Shown: piece after piece, positions 23,347-35,694 of the stretch
Layout of the letters: each line of letters starts with the position of its first letter
Numbering within the stretch: position 1 is the stretch's first letter
Assembly (NCBI GenBank): GCA_002633005.1
Contig: NMRA01000010.1
Location: 1,109,252 to 1,173,251 of the forward strand
Direction: 5' to 3'
Length of the DNA stretch: 64,000 bases
DNA from: Phoronis australis
Lineage: Eukaryota > Animalia > Phoronida
The notes under the pieces: generated by a model
Database searches by the model: none
Told to the model about the DNA's origin: nothing
Seen by the model: only the letters and a program-made list of their open reading frames with translations
Made by a program: the position numbers and the translations under genes

Positions 23347-24614
23347 GTACACCGAATGAGGGCTTGGAATGTTCCTCTTTTAAGAGGAGTTCCTCTTTTG
23401 GTTTCGATTTCTTCTTATTTCATTTCCAGTTTACTCTTTTTGTCCTTTTTATCATAATTTTGATTTCATTCATGCAAAAACATTTATTTCAGTTAAATTT
23501 AACAACAAAAAATATTTCTATGACACAAGCCTATTTATTTGTGGAACGATACATCACCTGGAAAATTTTTCACTTTTTGTCATTGGTCATTCTAAGCCCT
23601 GTAGAATGTTCGTGGGTATAGAAATACCTTACTGTGTGCAGGTGTGCTATGAAGCGTGAGCTGCATCCTACTGCCTTGAAATTGACAGAAAATTCCTTGT
23701 CAAGTGTCCTCTTATGTGTGTCCAAAGGCTAAGGTTTGAAGTATTCTAGATTTGTGTTCAATTGCCAAATGTGTTGGTGGTCAGTGAAGCCATGCTCTCG
23801 GAGCTCAGCACTGATAGACTGCACAAAGGCACAGTGATGGTCATCCAGCTCAAGAGCAAAAGAATGGCCCAAAAATTCACAGTGTTCAAATCAGAGCAAA
23901 TGAGCTGATGAAAAATCACCTTCCATCAAAAACAAAATTTTCATTTAGATCACTTAATGTTATGAAATCGGTCTCGACTACAGCAATGGCAGACTGTCAG
24001 TTATTTCCAAGTCCAAAAAACTCATTTTGTGAATGTTAGAAACAACTTGAGACGAGTCTGATAGCAATAGTCTAAATCAAAGTTTCATTCCTTTGAAGGA
24101 ACTCTGCTTTATAGGAGTTTTCTATTGGATGCCCAGCCTGCTATTTTGTGAGACTAAAAAGTAACTACTGACAGTACAACTTGCATCCAACTACACACTG
24201 GGAAATTTTATTCCAGTTGCGCAAAATGTGACTTTTCTGAAGTCACATTTTCCAAGAGACTTAAATAATTGTGACAGAGATTATTAATGGGTTGGAACCG
24301 ACTTAAATGAGGAAAAATGAGGAAATTTATGTTGCATAATCTGAACCTTTACTTAGTTGTTTTAAAATCCGATGTATAAACTCCAACTTACTCGTGGAAC
24401 TTTATTAAAGAATCGATCCAAGAACAATTACTGTACTGCAGAACTTTATCTTAGTTGAGTGGAAATCTGACTCGGGCTCGTCCGACTTATGTTTTACTGC
24501 ATGTGTCTTGGGGTTCATTTAAGATTTCTGGAAAGAAGTATACGTTACTAGATATTGTTGAAAACTGCCACAGTAATGTTTGCAGGTTAATCATACATTT
24601 AGTTTCTTCCGTAG

Positions 24615-24755
24615 AGTTTCTTCAACCATACAAACCGCGACCGGAGACAACTGCTAGCGCTGCACGCCGCCTGGTGGCAGGGGCACTCGGTCTGAACGCT
24701 AAGGTTCCACGCGAAAAACGAGAGGAAGAACGACAAAGACTGAAAGAGGCAAGAG
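24615..24755 (+). CDS. R3HCC1: R3HCC1-like exon 8
   Basis: EFLQPYKPRPETTASAARRLVAGALGLNAKVPREKREEERQRLKEAR; family motif RPxTxxxxARRLVxxALG plus coiled coil. Confidence 0.95.
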
Positions 24756-25137
24756 GTTAGTGCGTCGCAGTTGTTGCTGGATATTATATTATGCCAAAAG
24801 AAAAGAGACAAAATACTGCCGTGATGATCAATTCCGCCTGCATAATTTTTTTACTTATTCTGGCTGCAAGTGACGGGAAGTGACGTGTCAGAACTCATTA
24901 TTCCATCTGTGACATCATCTCGTAATGTTGTCTGGTTAAGTAGTGTGTGCTATACTTTTGTAGCCAAGATAGGACATGTGAGTATTGTAGCAGGTCTGAG
25001 ATAACTTCCCAATTAAAAGAGATTGGGCTAATGATGAAAGTGTAGATTAGACAATTTCTGTTGAATTTCTGTATTTGTGGTCACACTTAAAATTGCGAAT
25101 CCAGTCCTTATGTGGTGTTGTTCTGTTTTCCTTTCAG

Positions 25138-25214
25138 AAAAGAAGAAAGCGGATCGCAGAATGAAAGATGCCACATGGGATGGGCAAGTTGGGAAATGTG
25201 CCATGGATGACTGA
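25138..25214 (+). CDS. R3HCC1: R3HCC1-like terminal coding exon
   Basis: ctttcag| EKKKADRRMKDATWDGQVGKCAMDD* (TGA 25212-25214). Total spliced CDS 2628 nt, in frame. AATAAA at 25227-25232. Confidence 0.85.
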
Positions 25215-26585
25215 CCAAATATGTTGAATAAACAATCAAGATATTACTGGGGACAAAGCTGGTTGTTTATGATTGCGGTTTCGCGTTTTGTGTAACCTCT
25301 CGTTCTGTCTGATTGTGTGCTCTCTATAGCACTGCTAAGCTCAGCCAAGTTGATTTCTGTTGAAACCTTGCAAAACTTGCTTTCCTTGAACTAGCAGGGG
25401 CAGATAGCGACTGAATGATTTTTGATAATAGTTACAATAATTTTATGAAATGTGAAGTTTTCACTCTACTTCTACTATTTATTTTCTATCGGCTTTTTTG
25501 GTTGTTCATTTTTTAGTCAGAAAATTATATTTAAAAGCACATGGAATTGTGATGAAGTGACAATATTGTTAATTTTATCGTACATATGATGGGTCGTTGA
25601 TTGTTCAAGACTCAATCTTTGTTTTATTATTGTCCTTATTCCGCATATGGAACGATACTTAATATAAATTTTTGAAAATAACTCTTTGGTTTCTTTTGAT
25701 TGTTACTTTCACAACTGGAAAAAAGTATTTACAGACCTTGCTACATCAAAGCGTAGGCGAGGCGGTTTACCCCCATGCAGAATCTGGGGACACCAAACTA
25801 CGCCCCAGTCAAGCATCAAGTCAAACCTATTCATAAAGACCTGCCTGAGTTAATTGAGCTTGTAAATATTTGATAGAAAGCAGTGGACCTGTAATTACTT
25901 CCACCAGATTAGGTTTAATGCATTAGAAACATAAAGGGTGTGGTAATGGGCTGTCTGCAGGTGATCAGGGTGAGGGGGGCATGGAATTTGTAAGTGCAAC
26001 CTGTCAGTCAGGTTCATTTATTCACAATATAATTTATAAATTAAAGACAGCAATATTATAGTCAGGAGTGGCATGGTTGAGGTAAAACTAAAACATCCAA
26101 GAACCGTCAGCCATGTTTGCCCTACCGGAGAGGAGTACTCGACATGTAGTCTATGGCTAACATGTTACAGGGGAAACCATGCAATTCACTTGCATCGATT
26201 TTTGAGAAATCTGAAGCTTTGAAGTCCATTTGAGTTGTTTTAATGATAATGCTGTAGTTTTAGTGGTCACAGATCATGGACCCGGTGCAAAATGATGTCT
26301 GCAACCATGTTGCCGTTGCTGAAACACACACCCATTGCGAGCAGTTGCTCTGCCTTCAAAGGAATTTAATTTCTTGCAAACCCTGGGTGGGATAAATAAC
26401 ATGAAACACAGAAAAATCAGGAATCCTAACTGTTTGCGACCAACTGTTAAGTCATCCATCCCATAAGAGCCATTTTGCCTTTTTCACGCGAGATTTGGAC
26501 AATAATCTCTTGTGAAAAAGAAATACTCAGATCGTGGAATGGATGGTATAACAGTTGGCTGCAAACAGTAGTTGCACAGACATCG

Positions 26586-26662
26586 GGTCCTCGGTAGCTC
26601 AGTGGTAAGAACACTAGACCCGCAATCTAGAGACTTGTGGTTCGATTACCAGTTGGAGTACC
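26586..26662 (+). pseudogene. tRNA-derived sequence (pseudo-tRNA or SINE head)
   Basis: A box TAGCTCAGTGG, stem CTAGA/TCTAG around the 7-nt loop CCCGCAA, B box GGTTCGATT. Acceptor and T stems are poor and U33 is absent. Confidence 0.6.
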
Positions 26663-27419
26663 TGATCTTTCTGTATTTATTTGATTCACTATTGGTTAAC
26701 ATCAGCGCTTATATATTTACTATAAATAACATGAAATACATTGTACAGTGCCCGAGGGTATTCATCATCAATGGGTGCAGTTATATCATTGACTTGTGGG
26801 TGATAGTCTGGTAGATGTATAATTTAAACAGTCCTCGATGACTGGTGAAACATAGTCTGCATGTAGTCTACCGAGACATGTCTCTTTTAACTTGGCTGCA
26901 GTGTTTTTCCACCATGCTGTAACTAGTTTCTATTTGGCTTTAAAAGATTTTTCTTGCCTTATCTCTGTCAGTGGCGACGACAGAGATAGGAAGTTTACTT
27001 ATAACAGAGTTAAGAATAATGATGTCTACTGTCTTGTCATCTCTATCGGAACATTTATTGGCACTTGGAGATATAATGTCTTTTTGAAGCACCAGTTGGA
27101 CGAAACAGTCCCAAATACAGACTCGACTAAGTTTCCTAAATCTACCGTGTATTTATAGACTTGTGAAAATGCAGATTGTCCTTTCTTATACTGTTCTAGT
27201 TTCATTACTGTCAAATTTGCCTTTGATAGAATAGAGAGTGAACTCTACTGTTCTGCAATTTCACCAAAAATAAATAGGGATGGTTACAGGCAACGCCCCT
27301 AATTTAAGGACCAAGTCTCTTTATTTTCCTTGAACTCAGGGCTCAGTTTTTAGTTATATTTTTAACATTATTTATTAGAAAATGTTATTAGTCATAGAGG
27401 AACTAATAATAAAAATGAA

Positions 27420-27664
27420 AAGATATAAAAAATAATTGCAGACGGTCTGATACACGTTGTACCAGACGTGCGCAGGCCGTACATGTGGGCCCATTGCACT
27501 GATCACCTAGAGCCATTTTTATGGCTCATTAATATATACTTAAAACCGAGCTGAGGAACTAGAAACCTGACTCAAGGGTTTAGCAGTGTGACTTGGTGGA
27601 ATTCGAACCCACGACCTCGAGTAAAGAAAGCGGGCACCCATCGCACTAGGCCCCACCGTCTCCC
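27420..27664 (-). mobile_element. tRNA-derived SINE
   Basis: Minus strand: GGTGGGGCCTAGTGCG (A-box-like) ... GGTCGTGGGTTCGAATTCC (B box), followed by a body and an AT-rich tail. Confidence 0.6.
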
Positions 27665-28149
27665 TGAAACGATGGAAAAGCATTACATCCTACTGTGAGT
27701 GAAGAAAGACACAAAAACGCAAAATATTTTGGGACTATTTCATGCAACCGGGCACAATAGGTTTCACTTATGACAAAATCATACCGGTTACGTTATTTAT
27801 TGTTATTACGCGGTGCAATGATCATCACAAGGCAGAGGAAATAACCAACGGAACAAAAAGAATAGGATCGCTATACAACAATATAAAATCATGACTTCCT
27901 AATTACAAACTGTTATACAAAGACACCTCAGCTACAAAATTTTGTCACCACCTTAGAAAAAATGTATCAAAATTCAACCAATAAAATGCTCTGAAAAATA
28001 AACATGGGCCTTGAGTAGACGCTAATAGTTAGAATTAAAACCTGCTCCACGCTTTCATATGGACAGAATGTTCATTCTTCGAAATGGCATTTAGTTGTGG
28101 ATTTGCCAACTGATGTGAAAAGAGAGCTATTAACCCGACACACAACCAG

Positions 28150-28409
28150 GGCTGCGTTCCGTAGACCCTAAGAAATAAGCTTGCAGTGCAGCTAAAAACT
28201 TTCATTTATCTAATGGAAATGATTAATTCTATGCCATCATTAATGAATTTTGTATCGTAATTCAACCTCACCGACCAATTTCAGTGTCAGCGCCATTTTG
28301 CTAGTTTACACCTGTAGCAAGGTCTCGAGCATACTCATGAAATACTCGGCTCGTCTCACTCGTGTGGTTTACATGATCTCACAAGAAACTTGGTCTAGAG
28401 AATGCTGCC
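28150..28409. mobile_element. PIF/Harbinger-like MITE, CAG TSD
   Basis: CAG|GGCTGCGTTCCGTAGACC ... GGTCTAGAGAATGCTGCC|CAG. Confidence 0.65.
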
Positions 28410-30153
28410 CAGGAGAGTAGTTGACCTACTTGGTCTCAAGTACCTACAAATCTCTTACCGAGTACAGTTGCATAGCTCTTAACATCACATTACAAAATGC
28501 ACTACTGAAGCTGTTATCTCAGTTAACTTGATGAACAAAAATTTAAAACTAATCAATGCCCACTGCTATTCATTTTACCTTTGACCCGGCTAAGACTAAA
28601 TAATGGTAATTATGCCCTGGTTAAATATTCTTAAAATACAAAACTTGTGGAAACAATATTACAATACAAAAAACTCTAAAAGAAATAAAAAAGCACAATT
28701 TATAAAGCAGTGTTAGCACCAATAGCAACGATAAATACGTGTCATCTGAAGCATATTATTCTTCATAATTAATGTGAACAGAATCAATTTTCAGAGAGGT
28801 TTATTCCACGATTCTATTGAAAACCAACATAAACTAGATTTTTTAGACAACATAAACTTCCACCAAAATGTGCATTCCATCTCTTTTTGTAGCAATTCAT
28901 TATGTGCACAAAAATGGTGCCTGTGCGCATTTATATTTAATCAGTTGGATCAACGTTTGTGTGGAACGTCAAGTCGGTCGTTCTTTTCTGAGAAAACAGC
29001 AAATTAAGTTAAAATTTGATATTTAAAAATGTTGGACAGTTTAGACTTGAGATTTTTTAAAATCAATCTGCTATCCTAAGAACATAATTTGGGCAAAATG
29101 ATGGGTAAAAAGGTGGATTTCAAATTACTGCTGTGATCACTGCTCGTTAGCTTCGCACCAACTGTAAATTGTGACTATAAACCATAAGAAACTCTTGAGC
29201 ACCAGTTAGTATTCAAGAGCATGTTAGTCCTGTTTTCAAAAAATGTAATGTAGTTAAATCATGTTTGTTCCATTGTTGTTCACTTAGTGTTCATTTTAGG
29301 GTGCCACACATGAGATGATCTCTACAGCCGAAATCGAATGTTATTAAGGTTTTTTGAGAAACCACGGTTCTCACAGTCGTTGATAATTTTGTCAACCTTT
29401 GAATGTTACTAAATCAAACACCCTACCTTTAGCTTTTTACACTTTGATTAAATGAGTTCTAATCAATTGCTCTAGACATTCAGACATTTGACTCGTGGAA
29501 GATGTAAAAATTATCAAAAATTGTGAGTATTCCTGGTAATTCCTACAACTCAGGGTGTCTGTGTGTATAATAAACAGTGCTGGCTCCCCTAAAAACCAAG
29601 AACACTCAATTATTGTGACCATCCATAAGATATAACAGAGCTTAGAGTAAAGATCAAAGATTTGTAATCTGTTCACATTTTGTATAGCTAATAGAAAAAT
29701 GTTGGAAACAACAGTTCCTTGTTAGATGAAAAAAAAAATGAAAAATTACCTTATCGAATAGAAAATCAAACCTTAGAACAATTAACCAGTTCCACTGACA
29801 ATAAAATAAGTAAAAATGATATATTGCAAATAACCAAAACACAACCCAAGGTCAAATGAAGCCTACTGATCAATGGACACCATCCTGAATGTGTGCTCAA
29901 ATAATCATGGCCAAGGATGCAAAAATTCCGAAAGAATTCTAAACATCCAGATACATGTCTGTGGTCGGATTCATAAACAAAGACACTCGTGGACTGGGCA
30001 ACACAAAATTTTGAGAATATTTTGAAATATAAGTTAATGAATTTGATGACTGCTCACTACATGTCTTTGTTTCAGCATGCGCCGGCATTACAGACAAGTC
30101 CTTGTCAAGACCCTAAAAGTACAACTGTCACACACATCAAGTACTACACAAAC

Positions 30154-30932
30154 TTAGTTTGGCTTGACCTGATGAGCGTGGGCCATTCCTGGCATAAAGT
30201 ACGATGTCCCTGGCATCTGGAAACCAGACTCGTCCGAGGCCATCAGTTTCTTCCACGCCTCAGCGTGAGCCACATTAGCCTGCAACTGAGCCTGATAGAG
30301 TTGCTGCAGATGGAGTGGGCTGACCATGTTCGGAGACATCATGGTCATTGGAGGGCGCATCATAAAGGCAGGATGGACGTGTGGCTGGAAATGGGCAGCT
30401 GCTGCTGAAGTTGCCATATCAGCGATGAGGCGAGCTTGGTCACGCTTATCTCTCTCCGCTTGTGACACGCCGTCATCGTTACCACGAGGAGCACCATTTG
30501 TTCTGGACTCTGGAGCTGCAGGGTGCTGTGATGTGGGTTTGTTGGGTCGCCATATAGGGGTGTGATTTACACCTATAGTTCTTTGAGCAGCTGTCTTGGC
30601 CGGACCACCCACTGTGTGTTTATTAGATTTCATGCTTAAGTCCTGGGGTTGATCACATTGGCTGTGATGAGTGAAGCCATGACCGTTATTAAGATTTGCC
30701 GAGGCAGGGCTGGCCTTCACTCTTTTGCTTGAGCACAAATGTTCAAAATCGAGGTCAGGTGGACCGTAAACTTGAGGACGCTTCCGTGGTAGTGATGCTG
30801 GCATCTGTGGGAACATAAGTGTATGTGACTGACCCATCACATGTTGCATGGTAGTGAACGGATTACTTTGGATGGCACTTGGATGGTGACTCAATGCAGT
30901 GAGGCCCTCTAGTGGTGAGTATGCTGGTAACT
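30154..30932 (-). CDS. ARID5B: ARID5-like terminal coding exon (low complexity, PQDLS motif)
   Basis: Acceptor atttcag at 30933, within the 264-aa ORF; stop TAA at 30154-30156; P/H/Q/A/M-rich. Confidence 0.8.
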
Positions 30933-31326
30933 CTGAAATTAAAATCAAACATAGGTTAGAAAAGCTATTTTATAACGAGGCAACATAACACAATGCGCCT
31001 TGTGGCAAGATAGCAATAGTCGAGACTAGTTGGTGGACAGTGTTTGGTGTTCTTGAGTGACAATTTAACGCAGTGGGATTTCCAGTGTCTTCATAAATTC
31101 TTTGCAACCATCATGGCACATAATCAACACTGTCAGTTCCGTGTTTTGTCCCTTGCAGCTAAGACCTTTTCAATCACCACAATTCGAAGTTGGTAACAGT
31201 ATATAAAATTTCTCCCTGTGCTTTTGTGAAACACTTATCATGTGAAATGATCAGCCATTTGGAACATCTCTCAACTTGAATGATTAGAATTGTATCTACA
31301 TGTATCGAAATTGTGTTACACTTTAC

Positions 31327-31351
31327 CATTGACATTTCCAAGGTCTGCCTG
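31327..31351 (-). CDS. ARID5B: ARID5-like candidate micro-exon (25 nt; 22 nt with the alternative NAGNAG acceptor)
   Basis: acag|CAGGCAGACCTTGGAAATGTCAATG|gtaaag. A phase 0-1 exon is needed to join 31817 to 30932 in frame. Confidence 0.5.
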
Positions 31352-31816
31352 CTGTCTGTGAACCATACTTGTATTATCCGACGATTTAGAAACCTATAAA
31401 GGAGATACAATCACAACACGTTAATCATAAATCTGACACGGGCCTTGATACGCCCTATTGGCAAGGCTGTGTAATAAGCCAGGGATCAATTTAACATTTC
31501 ACAATACATTATAAAACTGTAGACTAGAAGTTCATTGACTGATGCAATGAGACGATTCATTGCTGTTGAGCTGACTTATTCCAGTGTGATGTCTGTGACT
31601 TTGGCTTGATCTAATAAGAATTTTATAAACACATACAAGTCAGGATATCCAACAACGTAATGATGTGAACCTGAGTAATTGTCAACTGGTAAAATCATCG
31701 ACAACCTAAAAACCTTAAAAAGCAAAATAATCATCGTTTTTGTAGCCATAGTATAAGCTTCTCACTGAACAGTCATTATCCATATAAACATGCTAATAAC
31801 GATCAACTGGAATTAC

Positions 31817-31903
31817 CCGTCGGTGTTTATCATGAAAATCTCTCCGGCGTCTCTCAATCCACTGACGTTCTTTCTCAGCTAACTGTTGAGCAGTTGCTCG
31901 CTT
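31817..31903 (-). CDS. ARID5B: ARID5-like exon
   Basis: ttttag|KRATAQQLAEKERQWIERRRRDFHDKHRR|gtaatt; 87 nt, phase 0-0. Confidence 0.65.
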
Positions 31904-32416
31904 CTAAAACAAACAACATCCGACATATTGTATTCGTATAATACAACAGAGTACTATGAGATAAAATGATGTTTCAGAAACAAGATGGCCAACCATATCG
32001 TCAAGTCCGTGTGACCTTGACTTAACTGTAAAATTTAGATCAACTATGAGAAGTCCGCACCAAAACATATAATGCAAGCATGATAAAACTTATGTCAGAT
32101 TGTTGTCGTTAGACAATTTGCTTTTAGATGCACCAGAGCAAGAACGCTTATGGTTTTGTTAATGTTGTATTGTTCAATCATCTACAACTTAATAATGGGA
32201 AACTTAAAGGCAATCATGGAATGTTCAAGCTAAATTTATATTTACGAGGACAGTCTTCTAATTAGTACTACTTTGCATAATTTGTACAGCTAAATTATGT
32301 CATAAAATGTGAGGACTGTATGTCCTGCAACATACTGTCACGACCAAGAACACTAAAGCAAACATGACACCCAAAGTAACTACCAAGTCTGATGTAAACA
32401 ACAGGGATGTGCAAAC

Positions 32417-32452
32417 CTGATGTCTTTGGTGATTGCTGAAATGACTGGCAAC
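32417..32452 (-). CDS. ARID5B: ARID5-like candidate 36-nt symmetric micro-exon
   Basis: Pyrimidine tract, then cccag|VASHFSNHQRHQ|gtttgc; phase 0-0. Confidence 0.4.
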
Positions 32453-32699
32453 CTGGGCATACTTTGTAATGAACGGAGGAGGGCAAACAAAAATTGAAAT
32501 GAGATTTAATCAGGGAAAGGCTTTTTACATGTGCCCTTCATGGCTATACGCCAGTGCTTAAAGCTTTTGGTAAACTGAAAGTGATGGCTGCATTTGCAGT
32601 AGTTATATGTTTGTCTATAACTTTCCTAATCACATTGCATGCTACTTTCTTTCCACACGTAACTTTATAAGATTTTACTTGATGCTAATATGATGGTAA

Positions 32700-32880
32700 C
32701 TTACATTATAGTAGTTGGTGTCATGTTGTCTCACATTGGTGTAACGTTGTGCAATGTTTTCTTATCTTACTTTACAGTGACGTTGCAGTATATCACATCA
32801 ACGTGACATAGCCTCACGTTAGTGTGACGATGTTTTACATTGGTGTGATGTTGCCTTACATTAGTGTAATGGTGCGAGAT
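32700..32880. repeat. Degenerate 21-bp intronic tandem repeat
   Basis: Units like TGTTGCCTTACATTAGTGTAA / TGTTTTACATTGGTGTGA. Confidence 0.65.
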
Positions 32881-32916
32881 ATTGATAAATCCAAATCCAC
32901 AATATACTCGACTCAC

Positions 32917-33157
32917 TGAATGTGCCCGCAGAAGTTTCACACCAATATTACTTGCCTTTAATGCTTCGAGAGCCAACTGCCCATTTACTTGACCGATTTT
33001 ATCCAAGTCGGTTTTGACAGGTGACTCTTCTTTGGCGACGGGAGACCCATCTTTGGCAACAGGCGAATCTTCTTTGGTGATAGGTTTGACTGGGTCTTCT
33101 TTTACACTGTCTGTGTCTGCTTCACCTTTCATAAACAGCTCATAAGGAAGGAGTAGT
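32917..33157 (-). CDS. ARID5B: ARID5-like exon (end of the ARID domain plus SPV repeats)
   Basis: (R)LLLPYELFMKGEAD...RAHS|gtgagt; the LxLPYE motif ends the ARID5 domain. Confidence 0.88.
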
Positions 33158-34392
33158 CTGAATATGGAAATGAGAGTTTGCATCAACCATAACAGTGTGA
33201 AATTCACTCAGTGACCAACACACTTTGACTGAGGGTAGAAACAACTGAATCAAAGCCAATAAGTGTTTACCACAGACTTACGTTAAATTTGTTTGTTCAT
33301 ATTCACATTAGGTGAAATGATCTATTCCAAAAAAAAACAAATACTATAGACCCTGTCTGCATCTGAAGCTACTTCCAAGAGAAACCACACCCCAGCTTGC
33401 ACAGAGTATCCCATGTGATGGTAATCCTCAAAACAAGGCGATCACAAGAAATTTAACAGAAACACCACAATATCCATAGTACGAAATGTATACACTATAA
33501 AAACATCTTACATTTTCAATGGCCATCATCATCGCAGAAAAACTGAGAAAATCAGCCAGAGTACTAAAAGTCTTACAACTGCAGCCAGAAACTCATGAAC
33601 ATGCCCGCTAAGTAATCGTGGTGATTTTAACGTTTTTCCTTTCCAACATGTCACCGTGATTAAATCAAATCATCCCATTTCCCATTAAATGTTATATGTA
33701 GCAGCATTGTAGACACTATACAGATGCGGGGTATTAATGCATATACCACCGTTTGAATGTTTTTCTTTTGAACAACGTTACCAAATAGATCACTGTACAG
33801 CCCTCATTTATAAATAATTTTCTACAGGTGATTTGAATTTTAGAATAGTCCTTGATAAATGCACCAAGTTAATCAAGAACTGGAAATAATTTCCATATAC
33901 GTAGATTACCTATCCGGTGATCTTATCGTAGTCCAATCCTGGGCTATGTTGTGTAGACACAAAACACTCCCTAGTGTGATCACGTGCTTCACTTGTTCGA
34001 TAGACTTTGCAAGATCTCGCTTTTCTCGGAATAAAGCTGAGTCCACAGAATGCATCCGTAATGTTTTTTGTTATCAAACTTACTGTTTAGGGTGGATCAC
34101 GATCACTTAATATAACATCCGTATATCCATTGTCATTTTTGGTTTGCTTGTTTTCTGGTGCCTTGAAGACTGTTTGCCGACCTCACTATATGTTGCACAC
34201 CTCCCTGGTTTAAGCTCACACTCAAACTATTATATCTTGAATAACATCTCAAGTTGGTGAATTTCAGCTTAGTACTCAAAACTGTTTTGACTTGGTATTG
34301 AAGTAAATTTCAAATTAACTGAATATTTTTTTAACTTAGAGAACTGTAACTTTTGTACAGTTTGTTTTTAAATACTCAAAATGACACATTAC

Positions 34393-34490
34393 CTTTCGTA
34401 ATGGCGTCTTGTACAAGTGGCCGCGCCTGTGTTCGTCGGGTTACCACCCAATTTGTCGTACAGATGCTTCCATAGACGACGTTCAGTGAT
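34393..34490 (-). CDS. ARID5B: ARID domain exon
   Basis: ITERRLWKHLYDKLGGNPTNTGAATCTRRHYER; near-identical to the ARID5 signature WKHIYDELGGNPGSTSAATCTRRHYER. Confidence 0.96.
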
Positions 34491-34834
34491 CTAAGATTGG
34501 AGGAAAAGTGAAAAAAATGTTCCATGAAATATCAAAAATGTACAACAGTCAAAGCTGCAGCACCATAGCTGGTAATTATCTCAATCTGACAGCACAACAG
34601 TGACGTGGTTGACAAATGCTGTAAACATCATGATCAAAAAGAAATAATTTATTGAAGTTTCAGGTATCCCAGCCTTGAGCAATACAAGTCAGGTAAAGCA
34701 TGCATCTAGTTTGTGACACCTTAGTAATTAAAATCCCTTACCTTGAACAAACTAATATGACAAGTGTTTTAACCAAACAGGGTCACAGAACGGGCTCTAG
34801 TACACTTTATTGATTAGTTATCTCCATCACTCAC

Positions 34835-34887
34835 CTTTTTATAACCTCCCAATTTCTGGGCATACGTATAGAAGAAGTACAGGTCAA
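34835..34887 (-). CDS. ARID5B: ARID domain exon
   Basis: IDLYFFYTYAQKLGGYKK; 53 nt; AG/GT. Confidence 0.95.
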
Positions 34888-34987
34888 CTGCAATGAATCA
34901 ACAGCATTGTTATCATCTAACAATTTTAATAATTGAATTCAATGTTGAGGAAATATTTAAATTCAATCCTACCAAAACGTGAATAAT

Positions 34988-35694
34988 AGAAAAGTTTTGC
35001 AAAGCGACGTGAATGTGAATTATCATGCACTTATGATACCGCGTCATACATGCCATTGTATTGGAGTTTTTTACGTGAATACAGAGATTCACGTCGCCTT
35101 AAACGCGAAACCTGTGGTCCCTTTTTAATTCTTATTTCGATTGGTAAGACATCGTAATGATTTTTATTTTGATAAGGTTCTCAAATCTTTCTTCTTTGCT
35201 TCAGTATAAAATGGGCATGATTCTTTTGTCTATAAATGTACTTAAAGTTTATTCGCAAGAAAGCACCTTTTCCAAAATCCTTATTCTGCCGGGGGTCGCT
35301 GGATATCATCGAGTTAGAATGGATTTTTAACGCATATAATTTTGTGTTGCTAATTTTTTCACAATGCTTAATTTACATGCATCTATTTGTTTTAAACTGT
35401 AAATAAATTTTGCATTCCAAGAGTTGACCATTTATTGCAGGAGTTCGTAGAAATGACTTTTTTCACGTAAAAGAAGTTGCATTGGCAGAGTGACTTTTTA
35501 AGTTTTTTGTATTCTAGCTGACATGTACATACAACTGGACACTCTGAGCTCAGTTATTCAGCTCACATTTATTTTCCCATTCACGTAAACATTTAGCTGC
35601 TGTGAAACCCTTTTTTGTTACTGTAACATGAATCGGCATGCGTAATCAAGTATGCATGATAATTCACCTTCACATCACTTTGTGAAACCTGTCT
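34988..35694. mobile_element. MITE with ~45-bp imperfect TIRs and AAT TSD (Harbinger/ISL2EU-like)
   Basis: AAT|AGAAAAGTTTTGCAAAGCGACGTGAATGTGAATTATCATGCA ... TGCATGATAATTCACCTTCACATCACTTTGTGAAACCTGTCT|AAT. Confidence 0.75.

Noticed and set aside
26586-26662. Functional tRNA-Ala(CGC)
   Set aside because: Acceptor and T stems are mispaired and there is C instead of U33; treated as a pseudo-tRNA or SINE head.
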